Shown: positions 17,578 to 31,720, counted from the stretch's first letter. The stretch is DNA of 64,000 nt from an uncultured Acidobacteriota bacterium (GCA_963804795.1 CAWDRS010000011.1:281228-345227); one strand, 5' to 3'. Translations and numbers: made by a program. The notes: a model not told the origin generated them from the sequence alone.

Positions 17578-18801
17578 TCAGCGCTCCGCGCTGGAACCCG
17601 CCTTCGCAATATCCACGGCGTACGTGTGCGTGTCCCCGTGCATGTTGGACCGGAACACGATCCGCCTTGCGTCAGGCGTGAAGGTGAGGTTCGGCTCGAG
17701 CCGATAATTGTGCTTCGACAGATCGACGAGGCGCTCGACGGACAGCTTTCCATTGGACGGGCGGAACAGATAGATCCACTGGCCGTTCCCGGGCGCCGCC
17801 ACGCTGTTCGGGCCTCCGCCATCCCCGGCAAACATCGTCCCATCCGGTGATTGATTGAAGTGCACCGACCAGTGCTCCCGATCGACCGAATAACGGGTCG
17901 TCTTGCCGGTCGCGATCTCGACGCCCGCCAGCCAGAAGACCTTGCTCTTCGGGGTCTGCAGGTCGTACCAGATGGTCTTTCCGTCAGCGCTGAAGAACTC
18001 GTGACCCGCGATCTCCATCTCCATCGTCCGCGCGTGCATCAGCTGACGATGAGAGCCGTCGGTGCGGATCGTCCAGATGCGATCGACTTTGTGCCACGGG
18101 CCCTCATGGCAATACATGATGACCGCCGGATCCGTCGGTGACATCTGCACGTGGTTCAACCAGTCGGTGGATCGATAGATCGTCGTGAGCTCGCCGGTTT
18201 TGATGTTCAGCGTGTAGAGGGCCATCGGCCGGCGTGCCAGCCACCGCGCTTCGAGGCTGGCCTCCTGAGCCTCCGGGATGAGCAGCGGGTTCCCGGCCGC
18301 CGACGCCGGCGAGGCGGGCGGGGCCGGGGACGCGGCTGGCTGTCCGCCGTCCTCGACGTAGCTCCCGGCGAGGAGTGCCTCGTCGGCGCTCAGACCGAAT
18401 CCCGATCCGGTGCGGAGCCGTGGGTCGGTCTTGATCGCGCGCACCGCCCGCGTGTCGAGATCGGCTGCGTAGGCGGTGTCGCCGACGACGTAGTAGGCCT
18501 GCCGGGTCTTCCTTCCGACGACGAGCTTGGCTCCGCGCCCTGAGGCGAGCGGCGTGATCGCTCGAGTCTGCAGGTCGATCGTGGCCAGGCCGCTCGACGT
18601 CGTCACGACGATCTTGTCGCCCTTCGCCGTATACGGATTCTGGTGGAAGTACAGGCTCGCGGTACCGGGCTCGTCCGACAGCCGGACGACGCGATGTCCG
18701 GTTGCTGGTTCGACCCATTCGCGTGGAGGGTCGTCTGCTCGGATGAGCACGGCGAAGGCGGCGGAGATCAGTACCCCGGCCGCGAGTGAGTGGTGTTTCA
18801 T
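17578..18801 (-). CDS. Oligogalacturonate-lyase-family / TolB-like beta-propeller protein, secreted
   Basis: 407 aa with a signal peptide. REWVEPATGHRVVRLSDEPGTASLYFHQNPYTAKGDKIVV and the C-terminal FTPDARRIVFRSNMHGDTHTYAVDI resemble proteins annotated as the oligogalacturonate lyase family. This is from memory, not a search. Confidence 0.6.
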   Translation of the reverse strand: MKHHSLAAGVLISAAFAVLIRADDPPREWVEPATGHRVVRLSDEPGTASLYFHQNPYTAKGDKIVVTTSSGLATIDLQTRAITPLASGRGAKLVVGRKTRQAYYVVGDTAYAADLDTRAVRAIKTDPRLRTGSGFGLSADEALLAGSYVEDGGQPAASPAPPASPASAAGNPLLIPEAQEASLEARWLARRPMALYTLNIKTGELTTIYRSTDWLNHVQMSPTDPAVIMYCHEGPWHKVDRIWTIRTDGSHRQLMHARTMEMEIAGHEFFSADGKTIWYDLQTPKSKVFWLAGVEIATGKTTRYSVDREHWSVHFNQSPDGTMFAGDGGGPNSVAAPGNGQWIYLFRPSNGKLSVERLVDLSKHNYRLEPNLTFTPDARRIVFRSNMHGDTHTYAVDIAKAGSSAER

Positions 18802-18805
18802 CGTC

Positions 18806-19076
18806 GACCTCCGTTTGGCGACGGAGGGTGACGGAGGCAGCGGAGACGCTCACAAACGGAGAAACGGGGTCAACGGAGACGAAACGGAGAAGAGGAATCC
18901 AGGGCGCACACAGGCGCTGCTCGCGCGCCCGCCGCAGACGGGCACCCTGCCGCGCTACGCGCGGCGCGAGCAGGCCCCCAGTCCTTCGGCCATTTGAGCC
19001 TTTTCTCCGTTCGTCCTCCGTTAATTCCGTTCCTCCGTTTGTGAACTCCTGTACCTCCGTACCCTCCGTCAGAGAG
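18806..19076. mobile_element. MITE-like element family D, copy D1 (about 70-bp inverted arms made of ACGGAG words)
   Basis: The left arm GACGGAGGGTGACGGAGGCAGCGGAGACGCTCACAAACGGAGAAACGGGGTCAACGGAGACGAAACGGAG pairs with the right arm ..CTCCGTTCGTCCTCCGTTAATTCCGTTCCTCCGTTTGTGAACTCCTGTACCTCCGTACCCTCCGTC. It has no coding capacity. A second copy is at 36186. Confidence 0.75.
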
Positions 19077-19088
19077 GGCACTCCCATC

Positions 19089-22000
19089 TCAGAAGAGCAA
19101 CTTCAGCGTGACCTGCACCCTCCTCGCGTAGTTCCGCTGATTGGAGGCGCTGATCGTGCCGAACGCCACCTGGGTCGGTGTCGTGTTCGGGCCCGGAAAC
19201 TGCGGATGGTTCAACGCGTTGATCGCTTCGAGCCGGAACTGCAGCTGCCTGGCGCCCGCGAGCGAGGCATTCTTGATCACGGACAGGTCAACGTTGTTGA
19301 GATTATCGGTCCGCACCGAGTCGAGCCGCAACGGGAACGTCCGGACGTTCGAGCCGAGCTCCTGGCCGGACGTCCTGTTGAAGCCGGCGTCGACATTGAA
19401 CCAGCGCGCCAGGGTCTGGTCACTCCCCGAGAGTCCGATGTTGTCGATGTCGCCGGTGAAGATGAGGTTCCCGAAGCCGATCGGGAACCCACTCTGATAC
19501 GTGTAGATGCCCTGGAACTGCCAGCCGCCGACAATCGCGTCGACGCCGGCCGGCAGATTGGCCCCGAACCGCCGCCCGCGGCCGACGGGCACTTCCCAGA
19601 TGCCGCTGACGGTGAGGCGGTGCGGCACGTCCTGACTGGAGATGCCTTTCCAGGGGCTCGGGTCGGCGGCGTTCAGGAAGTCGATGGCCTCCGTGAAACT
19701 TGAATACGTGTAGTTCCCGCTGAGCGTGTACCCCGCGGAAAACCGCCGCTGGAGGCCGACCTGCAACGCGTGATACCACGACGTCCCTTCGTTGGTCGTC
19801 GTGTTGACGGTGTCGAACTGCGGATACGGGCGGAGCAGCCGTTCCCGGGCGATCGTCTGCGCGCGAAACACGGCGCCCGCCGTCGCCGGCATCAATCCAA
19901 AGAACGGGTTCGGCACGGTCGCGCTCAGATAGTCGATCGTCGCCTGATCGCGGACCGGGCTCGTGCTCAAGTACTGCTGCGGTGTCGCGTTGATGTTCCT
20001 CGATGTCTGGATGTCGGTGCCGTGATTGCCGACATACGACGCCTCCGCCACCCATCGTCCGGGCAACTCACGCTGCAGGCCCACCTGCCACCGCTGCATC
20101 CGGGGCGATTTCGGATTCGGGTCGAAGAAGGTAATGCTCTGCCCGAGGAACGTCTGAATCCCCAGCGCGGCGCCGACCGGCTCCTGGATGCCCGACAGGA
20201 ACGGATTCGACAGCGTCTCGATGAAGTGCAGGCCGTTGTCGAGCGAGGGCGTCAGGTTGGTCGTGGAGCTGAAACCGCTGGTGACGACATCACCCCGCCG
20301 CTGCCCCAGGAACCCGTAGAAGACACCGTATCCTCCGCGGACGACGGTCTTCTCGTTCACTTTATAGGTGGCGCCGAGGCGCGGCATGAAGTTGTTCTTG
20401 GGCGTCTCGTAGAGACCGTGCGGCTGGCCGTCGACGCCGGCGAACGTCACACCGCCCCTGACCTGGAATTGATTGAGGGGCACGCCCGTGGCCGCAGGGT
20501 TCAGCGCCGCACGCGCCGCCGCCTCCATCGGCTGTACGGCACCCGCATCGAACCCGCGAATGCTGTGATTGTCCGCCTCGGCGAGCGGCGTCTCGAGCTC
20601 GTAGCGGACGCCGAGATTCAGCGTCAGCCGCGATCCAAGCCTCCAGTCGTCCTGCACGTACAAGCCGTAGGTCGAAGACGTCTCGTTGTAGCTCGCCGCG
20701 CGCACGACGCTCCCCGAGCTTGGAAGACCGAGCAGGAACGAGGCGAACGACTGGCCGAGCGAGCCTGGTGCGACCGTCGAGTTGTCGAGCGGACCCCGCG
20801 TCCACGTCGCGTCGAAGTTGAACTGCCCGGTCTGATTGTTGGCGAAGAACTCGGAGGTCTCGCGATATCGGCGGAACTCGAGGCCCGTCCTCACGGAATG
20901 GCGTCCGAGCGATTTGTTCAGCGTGGCCAGGAACGAATGGCTCTCGTTCGGCCGGAACTCGCCGCCGAATCCCGTTCCCTGGTAGTTGGCTGTATTGCCG
21001 TTGAGGAAATCGAACCTTGGAAACCGCCGGATGTCATCGGGGATCGCTGCGTTGTACGACGCCGGAAACCCGAGGGTCGTCAGGTCGAAGCCGTGGTTGG
21101 CCGGATTCGTGTCCGTGCCGCGAACGAACCAGTTGTACCGTACCGGAGGTTCAACACGGTCGTGTTGTTGAACACGAGGACATGGTCGAACGCCGCCTGT
21201 CGGGAGATGAACTGAAACCACTCGCCCGTCGCGAGGTTGTTGAAGTAGTTGTTGTAGTTGCTGTTCCGGTCGTACCAGCTGTAGCGGCCGTACAGCCGCT
21301 GCCGATCGCTCACGTTGTGATCGATCCGGATCGTGTTCGTCGCGTATTTGATCGTTTCGGGTAGCGACGGGTTCTGGAAGTTGCTGGTCCCGTCCGTATT
21401 GCCGGCCGTCAGAGGATGCGCGATGTACTCGAGCGCCGCCCGGGCGACCGGGTTGATCAGGCTCTGCGGAATGATGTTTCCAGGAAACGGATCCTGCTGG
21501 AAGCGGCCGTTGCCTATCGACCGGCGGGTGAACGGATTGTAGATCTGGTATTGAGGCCCGAGCGCGAGCAGGTCGGAGAAGTCGCCGTTGCGCATCTTCT
21601 CGGTCGGCACCGTGGGAGTGCCGTTGTTTCGCGGGCGGGCCTCGTGGATCCCTTCGAATCCGTACATGAAGAACGTCTTCCGCCGGCCGTCGTAGCCCGG
21701 AAGGAGGACGGGACCGCCCGCCGTGCCGCCGTAGCGGTTGTAGGTGAAGTCGGCGAGCGGGATGTGGTTGGCGTTGGCGAAGTAGTCGTTGGCGAAGAGC
21801 TTCGACGGGGTCTTGTTGTAGTAGGCAGTCCCATGGAACGCGTTGGTTCCGGCCTTGATGCTGAGGTTCGTCACACCGCCTTCCGTGTTGCCGAAGGCGG
21901 CATCGAACGTGGCCGTCTGGACCTTGAACTCCTGCACGATGTCGGGTGGCGGCACGTAGGACGCGATCACCTCGCCGGCATTGGCTGTCGCGGTGCTCGG

Positions 22001-22622
22001 CACGCCGTCGATCGTCAGATCGCTGCGGTTGCCGCGCGTACCGTCCATCGCGTATCCGACGATGTGGGTCGGCTCGAACGGCCGATCGAGCCGGGGATCG
22101 CCGGTCGCCGACACGCCGCCGGCGAGGCCGATGAGTGCATAGGGGTCACCGTGGGGCGTCGGCAGCTCCGATACGCGTCTCGAGTCCACGACGTTGCCGA
22201 GCGACGACGTGGTCGTCTCGAGAAGCGCCGTCGCGGCGGTGACGGTCACTTCCTCGACAGCACCGCCTACTTCGAGGTCGACCTCGAGCTGGACCCGATC
22301 GGCCACCCGAACTTGAATCCCCTGTCGTGAGGTACTTCTTGAACCCCGCCAGTTCCACCGTGACCGCATACGTGCCGGGGATCAGATAGGGCGCCTCGAA
22401 CAACCCGCCGTCGTTGGTCACGGCGGATACCGTGGTGCCCATGGCCAGGTTCGTGATCGTCACGGTGGCGCCGCCGATGACGCCCCGGCTGGCATCGCGC
22501 ACGGTCCCGCCAATCGTCCCCCGCGCGTCCTGCGCGTGCACTGCGCCGGCAACGAGAATACTCGCCACGCACCCAAGCGCCAGGGCTCGGCACCTCCCGA
22601 ACAGACGTCGACTGATGCACAT
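19089..22622 (-). pseudogene. TonB-dependent receptor with CarboxypepD_reg N-terminal domain, split over three frames
   Basis: ORFs 22146..22622, 21080..22369 and 19089..21221 are consecutive parts of one receptor: a signal peptide plus GTIGGTVRDASRGVIGGATVTITN, then the plug, then a barrel ending ..RRVQVTLKLLF. The shifts are at GGTAC 22331-22335 (+1) and at GTACCGTACCGG 21135-21146 (net +2). Confidence 0.85.
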
Positions 22623-22772
22623 GCTCTCGGCCTCCTCCTCCAGAGACGCCGATGCGACGCGGCGCCTCTCACCAAGCCTTCCAAGGCCGCGACGTGGTCT
22701 TACCAGTCAACCGGTCTGACCGTTTGCGGCACGCTGGGGATCCAAGTGCATGTCGGCGGGTATGTCAATGAT

Positions 22773-22805
22773 TTGTTAACAATTGATACGCTTTGCGCAA
22801 TGCAA
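22773..22805. promoter_or_regulatory. AT-rich patch with two perfect palindromes upstream of the TonB receptor gene (possible operator/promoter)
   Basis: TTGTTAACAA (22773-22782) and TTGCGCAA (22793-22800) lie in the only AT-rich stretch of the 22623-22939 spacer. No consensus was matched. Confidence 0.25.
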
Positions 22806-22939
22806 AACGCTCGTGACGGCCTCTTCTCAGAGGCTGCTGGATATACCACTTGGTTTTCGCGCGATGGAACGTACTACCCAGTTCGGCATCCGGACGAGCG
22901 ATCCCGCCTGGGTTTCGCGCGGCGCGCCAGGACGTCCGG

Positions 22940-24964
<2,025 letters not shown>

Positions 24965-25057
24965 GCGGCGTAGTGTAACTGCCTCACCTGTCTATCGGAA
25001 ACGGTACAATTGCCTACGCCTCACGACTGATCTCGGTCGCGAGTCTGGAGAGATTGA

Positions 25058-27114
25058 ATGAAAAAGCTGCTGCTGCTCGGCCTGGCTGCGAGCCTGACGA
25101 TGTCGTGCTCGCGGGAAGCTGCGCCGCCCGCGCGTGCCGCGACGCCGGCACCCAAACCGCTCACCGCAGGCGTGGACCCGTCGGGGTTCGACAAGTCGAT
25201 CAGGCCTCAGGACGACCTCTACAAGTTCGTCAACAGTGCGTGGCTCGCCAAGACCGAAATCCCGCCCGACCGCGGTGCGTACGGAGGCTTCTACGAAGCC
25301 ATCGACCGCACGCAGGAGCGCCTCCGGGAGATCGCCGAAGAGGCCTCGAAAGCGGCCAACAAGACGCCGGGATCCGACCAGCAGAAGCTCGGTGACTTCT
25401 ACGCGTCGTTCATGGACGAGGCACGCGTCAACCAGCTGGGCAAGGCGCCACTCGAGCCGGAGCTCGCGCGGATCGACGCGCTCGCGAGCAAAACAGATCT
25501 GTCCCGCCACATGGCTCGCATGCTGATGCTCAACATGACGACGCTCGTCTCCGGCGGCGTGGACGGCGACGCACAGGATCCCGGAACGTCGGTGCTCTAC
25601 CTCGCGCAGAGCGGCCTCGGCCTCCCGGATCGCGACTATTACCTGAAGGACGATCCGAAGCTGAAAGAGTACCCGGACGAAGTACCAGGCCTACGTGGCG
25701 AAGATGCTGACGCTGGCCGGACAGCCGTCCCCGGACGCCGCCGCCAAGGAGATCGTCGCCTTCGAGACGCGACTCGCGCGCGCGCATTGGACGAACGTCG
25801 AGAGCCGCGATGCCGTCAAGACCTACAACAAGGTCACGATGGCCGATCTGCCGAAGCGCTTCCCCGGCATCGATTGGACCGTGTGGGCTCGCGAGCTCGG
25901 CGTCGACAACGTCAAGGCGGTTGTCGTCGCGCAGCCCAGCTATTTCAAGGCGATGTCCGCAGCGGTCGCGGAACTGCCAGTCGATCGCTGGAAGCCGTAC
26001 ATCAAGTTCCACACCGCCAGCGATCTCGCGCCGTATCTGAACAAGGAGTTCGTCGAAGCGCGCTTCGATTTCTACGGCCGCACCCTCCAGGGCGTCAAGG
26101 AGATGCTGCCGCGGTGGAAACGTGCGGTCAACAATCTCGACACCGTGCTCGGCGAGCTGCTCGGCAAGGTGTACGTCGAGCAGCACTTCAAGCCGGATGC
26201 CAAGGCACGGATGGAACACCTGGTCGAGAACCTGCGCGCGGCCTTCCGCGAAGCGATCGACAAGTCGGACTGGATGGGGCCCGACACCAAGAAGGAAGCG
26301 CAAGCCAAGCTCGCCGCCTTCCGCCCCAAGATCGGGTACCCGAGCAAATGGCGTGACTACTCGAAAGTGGAGATTCGGCCGGATGATCTGGTCGGCAACA
26401 TGATACGCGCCTGGATGGCCGACAGCATCTACCAGCTGGGAAAGGCAGGGAAACCCGTCGATCCCGAAGATTGGGGCATGACGCCGCAGACGGTCAACGC
26501 CTACTACAACGCGGTGCGCAACGAGATCGTCTTTCCAGCCGCCATCCTCCAGCCGCCCTTCTTCGACCCCGACGCCGACGACGCGGTGAACTACGGGGGC
26601 ATCGGCGGCGTCATCGGCCACGAGATGGGGCACGGCTTCGACGACCAGGGACGCCGCTACGACGCGAAGGGACAGCTGCGCGACTGGTGGACCGCCAAGG
26701 ACGCCGACGAGTTCACGAAACGGGCGAAGGGGCTCGTCGCTCAGGTACTCAGCGATGGAAGCGTTGCCCGGCCTCAAGGTCAACGGCGAGCTGACGCTCG
26801 GCGAAAATATCGGCGACCTGACCGGCGTCACGATCTCGCATCGGGCGTACGAGCTCTCGCTCGGCGGCAAAGAGCCGCCGACGATCCAGCGGACCACGGG
26901 CCTTCAGCGGTTCTTCTACGGCTGGGTACAGGCGTGGCGAGCGAAATCCCGAGACGACGCCCTGCGCCAGCAGGTCATGAGCAACCCGCACGCGCCGGAC
27001 ATGATGCGGGGCAACGGTCCTCTTCCGAACGTCGCGGCGTTCTACAGCACGTTCGACGTGAAGGAAGGCGACAAACTGTGGCTGGCGCCGGATCGCCGGG
27101 TGAAGCTCTGGTAG
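25058..27114 (+). pseudogene. M13 (neprilysin/PepO) zinc metallopeptidase lipoprotein, split over three frames
   Basis: ORFs 25058.., 25695.. and 26755..27114 join to one M13 enzyme (lipobox LTMSC, NAYY, VIGHEMGHGFD, GENIGD). The shifts are at GAGTACCC 25667-25674 and CAGGTAC 26742-26748, each +1. Confidence 0.85.
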
Positions 27115-27126
27115 CGGCCGCGCAGG

Positions 27127-27390
27127 CTATTTTGGTCGATGGGGAGAGCGTCCGCCGAGAGGCTCGGAGGCATCGTGGAGATCTCCTACGAGATGAGCGC
27201 GGGTCTCGACCTCCGTCAGGCGGCCAGACGCGTAGGTGGATGCCTCTCTCATCAACGCGTTGGCTTGCTCGCTGGGAAGCTCGCGCAGGTCGTCCAGATG
27301 ATGGCCGCGGCCCTGAAGATACTCTTCGATGAATGCGCGTTCGAGCTGGGCGAGGGGATCCCCGACCGAATCAGGGTGTTCTGAACTCAT
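27127..27390 (-). CDS. Hypothetical small acidic protein (87 aa)
   Basis: ATG at 27390 with GGAGGTG 8 nt upstream. I recognise no family. Confidence 0.5.
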   Translation of the reverse strand: MSSEHPDSVGDPLAQLERAFIEEYLQGRGHHLDDLRELPSEQANALMREASTYASGRLTEVETRAHLVGDLHDASEPLGGRSPHRPK

Positions 27391-27465
27391 GGAATAACAC
27401 CTCCGAGCGCTGGCAGATCGATCGTAGCGCGATTCTGCCTGTCGCGCACGGATTCCCTGGATGCC

Positions 27466-29790
27466 CTACCGCGGGCCCGCCGGCAGGTGCTCCGTCAGAT
27501 AGCGCGTCAGCAGCCTGTAGAGGTGCACCGTCGTCCCGGGCCCCTCGGAGATCGAGTGCGTGCGATCCGGGTAGGTCATGAAGTCGAACGGCTTCCCAAG
27601 CTCGATCAACCGATTGACCAGCAGCTCGGTCCCTTGATAGTGCACGTTGTCGTCGCCGGATCCGTGCACGATGAGGAGGTCGCCCCTCAGCCCTTCCGCA
27701 AAATTGATCGCCGAGCCCCGCTTGTAGCCATCGACGTTCTTCGTCGGCAGCCCCATGTAGCGCTCCTGGTAGATCGTGTCGTACAGGCGCTGGTCGGGGA
27801 CCGGCGCCACGGCCATTCCCACTTTGTACAGCTCCGGGTGGCGGAAGATCAGATTCAGTGTGTTCGTCCCGCCGCCGCTCCAGCCCCAGACCGCCACTCG
27901 ATCGAGATCGACGAAGGGGTGCATGCGATTGAGCGAGCGCAACGCTTCGGCCTGCTGCGTCGAGGACAGGACGCCCACCGATCCGTACACAGCCTTGCGC
28001 CACGCGCGCCCTCGCGGCGCGGGTGTCCCCGAATTGTCGAAGCTCACGACCAGGTAGCCGAGGCTCGCGAGATATCGGTGGTACAGACCGCCGGACCCGC
28101 CCCAGTTGTCGGCGACGGTCTGCGCCGCCGGCTCGCCGTAGACGTGCACCAGCACGGGGTACTTCATCGACCGATCGAACTTCGGTGGCTTGATCAGATA
28201 CCCGTCGACCAGGATGCCACCGCCAGCATCGACTTTGAAGAACTCGACCGGCGGATCGAGGAGCGGCGCAACTTTCCGCTTCAGCGCGACGCTGTCGCCG
28301 GTAGAACGCACGACCTTGTGATCGGGCAGCGTCACGAACTGCCGGAAGCCGGGGTCATCGAAGCTGGAGAAGCCATGGAAGGCATATTTGCCGTGGGGCG
28401 AGATCTCGTACACGTTCGTACCCTTGAGCGTTGCTGGCGTGACGCGCACGGGATCAGACGAACCGTCGAGCGCTGACCTGTAAAGATACCGCTGCGTTGC
28501 GTTCTCGGGCGACGCGACGAAGTAGAGCCAGCCTCCCTTCTCGTCGACGCCGGAGATGCTCAGGGCATCCATGTTGCCGCGGGTGACCAGCGTCTCGCGA
28601 CCGTCCCGCGCGACGCGATAGACGTGCATCCAGCCGTCCTTCTCGGACAGGACCAGGAATTCGGCTCCCTGCCGAATCGGCAGCGCTTCCGGGAGGCCGC
28701 CGTAACCGATCGTGATGAACGCCTCGTCCCGATCGCGCCACATCTCGCGCACGCGGCCGGAGCGCGCGTCCGCGAGCAGGTAGGCGTCGGTGTTCTGCAG
28801 GCGATTGAGCTGCTGGATGAGCACCGTGTCGGCATCGGCCCACTGGAGGCGAGCGATGTAGTGCTCGCGCGGATCGCCCGGAATCTGCAGCCACTTCACG
28901 GCGCCGCCGCCGACGTCGACGACACCCGCTCTCACCGCCGAATTCGTGGTGCCCGCGAGCGGGTACGGCACGCTCATCGTGACGGGGAATGGCCCGGTCT
29001 TCGGGTACGGAATCGACGTCACGATCTCCCGTTCGGCGCCGAGGTAGTACTGAAGCGAAAAGTTCCCGACGCCGTGAAGATCGAACTGCCAGAACGCGAT
29101 GCGGCGTCCGTCAGGGCTCCAACGGAAGCAGTCGTGGAGATCGAGCTCCTCCTCGTTGACCCAGTCGGATCCCCCATTGACGACCAGGTCCGATCCGTCG
29201 CGCGTGATCCGCTTGATGGCACCGGTCGCGACCTCTTCCACGTGGATGTCGTTTCGGAGCACATAGGCCACCTTCGTCCCGTCAGGATCGAACGTCGCGT
29301 ACATCAGGCTGGCTTCGGGCGCCTCCCCTCCGAGCTTTCTGAGCTTGCCGGTGCCGCGATCGAAGAGCCAGTAGTCCCCGCGGGAGTCCGTTCTCCAGAC
29401 CCGGCGCGCGTTGGTGAACACGAGCACGCGCTTCTGGTCTTTCGACCAGGACAGATCGACAACCGCGAGCGGAGTTCTCGCACCAGTCGGCGTGAGCTGC
29501 GCGGCGGAAATGAGCACCTCTCGCTGCGTGCCCGTTGCGGTGTCGTACTTCACGACGTCGACGCCGCCCATTCCGGTCGTCGCGGGCTCGGTCGCCACGT
29601 AGGACTCGCCGTTGTCGAACCAGCGAGGCCGCGGCGGAAATCGGGCCGCGAACTCGCCCGATACAATGCGTCCGATCATGTCGGGCGCAGCCGTACTCTG
29701 GCTGACGGCGGGCACCTGCGCCCCCACCGTCGCCAAACACACCGTCATCGTCAAGGCGAGCGCAGCGCGGCGGAACACGTGGATCGTCAT
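27466..29790 (-). CDS. S9B dipeptidyl-peptidase IV family serine peptidase
   Basis: Internal ATG at 29790 of ORF 27466..29949(-). It has a signal peptide, a beta-propeller N-domain (DYWLFD, SDWVNEEE), the nucleophile WGWSGGG, GSGDDNVH and DRTHSI. Confidence 0.9.
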   Translation of the reverse strand: MTIHVFRRAALALTMTVCLATVGAQVPAVSQSTAAPDMIGRIVSGEFAARFPPRPRWFDNGESYVATEPATTGMGGVDVVKYDTATGTQREVLISAAQLTPTGARTPLAVVDLSWSKDQKRVLVFTNARRVWRTDSRGDYWLFDRGTGKLRKLGGEAPEASLMYATFDPDGTKVAYVLRNDIHVEEVATGAIKRITRDGSDLVVNGGSDWVNEEELDLHDCFRWSPDGRRIAFWQFDLHGVGNFSLQYYLGAEREIVTSIPYPKTGPFPVTMSVPYPLAGTTNSAVRAGVVDVGGGAVKWLQIPGDPREHYIARLQWADADTVLIQQLNRLQNTDAYLLADARSGRVREMWRDRDEAFITIGYGGLPEALPIRQGAEFLVLSEKDGWMHVYRVARDGRETLVTRGNMDALSISGVDEKGGWLYFVASPENATQRYLYRSALDGSSDPVRVTPATLKGTNVYEISPHGKYAFHGFSSFDDPGFRQFVTLPDHKVVRSTGDSVALKRKVAPLLDPPVEFFKVDAGGGILVDGYLIKPPKFDRSMKYPVLVHVYGEPAAQTVADNWGGSGGLYHRYLASLGYLVVSFDNSGTPAPRGRAWRKAVYGSVGVLSSTQQAEALRSLNRMHPFVDLDRVAVWGWSGGGTNTLNLIFRHPELYKVGMAVAPVPDQRLYDTIYQERYMGLPTKNVDGYKRGSAINFAEGLRGDLLIVHGSGDDNVHYQGTELLVNRLIELGKPFDFMTYPDRTHSISEGPGTTVHLYRLLTRYLTEHLPAGPR

Positions 29791-29883
29791 GTAAGCCATT
29801 CTCTCCGGTGCGAATCGGACAGGGCAGGGTACCGTCGGAGATGCGAGGAAAGCAATGTTGGCGGGATGAGAGCGAACGAAACG

Positions 29884-29953
29884 GTGGCTTCCACCTTCAG
29901 GTGGAAGGCGGACATCAGCCGCCTTCTTCCGCCTGAAGGCGGAAGCCACGAAG
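29884..29953 (+). repeat. Repeat family B, copy B2
   Basis: GTGGCTTCCACCTTCAGGTGGAAGG..CTTCCGCCTGAAGGCGGAAGCCAC. Confidence 0.9.
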
Positions 29954-29964
29954 CAGGAGTGCCG

Positions 29965-30282
29965 TCAACAGACGACGGCTGTGCCGCTGACCGACACCAT
30001 CAGCATGCCGTTGTTCTGCCCGAGCACTTCGTAGTCGAGATCGATGCCGACAACCGCTGACGCGCCGAGATCCTGCGCCTTCTTCTGCATCTCGGACATC
30101 GCGATCTCGCGCGCCTCGGCGAGGCCGCGCTCGTAGGTCGCCGATCGGCCACCGACGACGTCGCGGACGACGGCGAACATGTCGCGGAAGACGTTGGCGC
30201 CGATGATCGCCTCACCCGTGACGACGCCGAGATACCGGGAGACGGGCTGACCCTCCACGACCGACGTTGTAGTCATCAACAT
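29965..30282 (-). CDS. ybjQ: YbjQ/UPF0145 family protein
   Basis: [50 protein letters not shown] at 30282 with AAGGAGA upstream. Confidence 0.85.
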   Translation of the reverse strand: MLMTTTSVVEGQPVSRYLGVVTGEAIIGANVFRDMFAVVRDVVGGRSATYERGLAEAREIAMSEMQKKAQDLGASAVVGIDLDYEVLGQNNGMLMVSVSGTAVVC

Positions 30283-31468
30283 ACCGGCTGGCTCTCCTTT
30301 TGCGGGTGCCACGCTCCAGCGCACGTCCCGGCGCGACACCCATCAGAGGAATATACGAAGGAGCGTCCGGCGTGTTCGCTGCGGTCGAGCTGTCACGGGG
30401 TCCGTTCAGGTTGCGGAACATCTGATAGATCTGATTGATGAGCGCGGTATGCGTGTCCGGCGCTGTTTCCGGCAGGTTCGTGGGGGTGATGAACATGCCG
30501 GTGCGCGAGAGCGCCCAGCTCTGGATGATCACGTGCTGCGGCATGACCTCCCAGCTCCTGAAGACGCGCCCGAGCTCACGCGCGTTTCGAAGCGCGTCAG
30601 TCGCGTACAGCGCGTCGGCATCGCCGTTGTCGCCCCACACGATCACGCCGAAGGGAATCTTGTACTGAGCGGCAAGAGCCGACAGCTCGAGCATCTCGCC
30701 CGCGAACAGCTCCCGGCCGGGCGACACGTCGGGCCGGCGCGCATCGATGTGCAGGAAGTCGACCGTCAGGCCTCGCTCCCGCAGCAGCCGGAACATCTCG
30801 GCGAATTCGGCCGGCGAGAACACCGGGTACGGCTCGATGAGGCCAATCCGCACATCTGGAAATGCGCGTCGCACGGCAGGAATGTACACGGCGAGACGGT
30901 CGGCGGTCGGGACGAACGAGGGCCCACCGCACCTGCGCACCAGACCACCTGTGAACGGTTCGTCCATCGCGACATAGGTCACACGTCCGCCTGCAGCCTT
31001 GACGTTGCGCAGGGCCTCGAGCGTCCGATCGATCGATGACTGCATGCCGCTGGCGTCCGGCGTGCAGTAGCCCTCTTTGACCGCGCCGGCCTCGACGGCT
31101 ATCCGCTTGCCCCAGCGCATCAGCTTCCGGAACGCATCCGCACGGACGAACGCGGTGTAGCTGTTCGGCCCTTCACCGGGAGAGACCTGAGTCAGCAGAT
31201 GCCCTTGATAGAACTCGAACACTTCCATGATCTGGCGGGCCCGGGGCCACTCCCCAGGCGATTCGAACAACCGGAGCATGTCCACTGTGCCAGGGCCGGG
31301 AGTGAACCAGATTCGGTCGCTCGTCCAGGGCCATGTGGAGGCATCCTGCACCCCGACGAGCGCGACAGCCAGGACAGTCAGTACGACCCGCCGCGACCAG
31401 TGGCCCCTCGACAGAGTGACGGGCTTCGGCGGCGCGACCGGGCACGCGCCGTAAGACGTGCTGCGCAT
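30212..31468 (-). CDS. Hypothetical secreted protein (possible TIM-barrel glycan-active enzyme); 3' end uncertain
   Basis: 418-aa ORF with an N-terminal hydrophobic anchor. The last ~45 codons are low-complexity and overlap ybjQ by 71 nt. Confidence 0.55.
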   Translation of the reverse strand: MRSTSYGACPVAPPKPVTLSRGHWSRRVVLTVLAVALVGVQDASTWPWTSDRIWFTPGPGTVDMLRLFESPGEWPRARQIMEVFEFYQGHLLTQVSPGEGPNSYTAFVRADAFRKLMRWGKRIAVEAGAVKEGYCTPDASGMQSSIDRTLEALRNVKAAGGRVTYVAMDEPFTGGLVRRCGGPSFVPTADRLAVYIPAVRRAFPDVRIGLIEPYPVFSPAEFAEMFRLLRERGLTVDFLHIDARRPDVSPGRELFAGEMLELSALAAQYKIPFGVIVWGDNGDADALYATDALRNARELGRVFRSWEVMPQHVIIQSWALSRTGMFITPTNLPETAPDTHTALINQIYQMFRNLNGPRDSSTAANTPDAPSYIPLMGVAPGRALERGTRKRRASRYVDDYNVGRGGSARLPVSRRRHG

Positions 31469-31720
31469 GGCTCAGTTCATTGTCTCAGAACTCAACCAAC
31501 GATCACCCCGCGCTGACGCGCGGATGGCGATCACCCGGCGCTGACGCGCGGATGGCGCCCCAGAGAGCATGCGGACGCACGAGGTCACCCCAGATCCGGA
31601 AGCACCTTCGGAAAATGTCCGGGAGCCGTCCGCTCGAACGTCGAAGAAACAGAAGCAGGCAGTGAGCCTGACCTTCAACGAATTTCCAGCCCGGCTTGAT
31701 TGAGGGCTCCAGGAGTCGAG

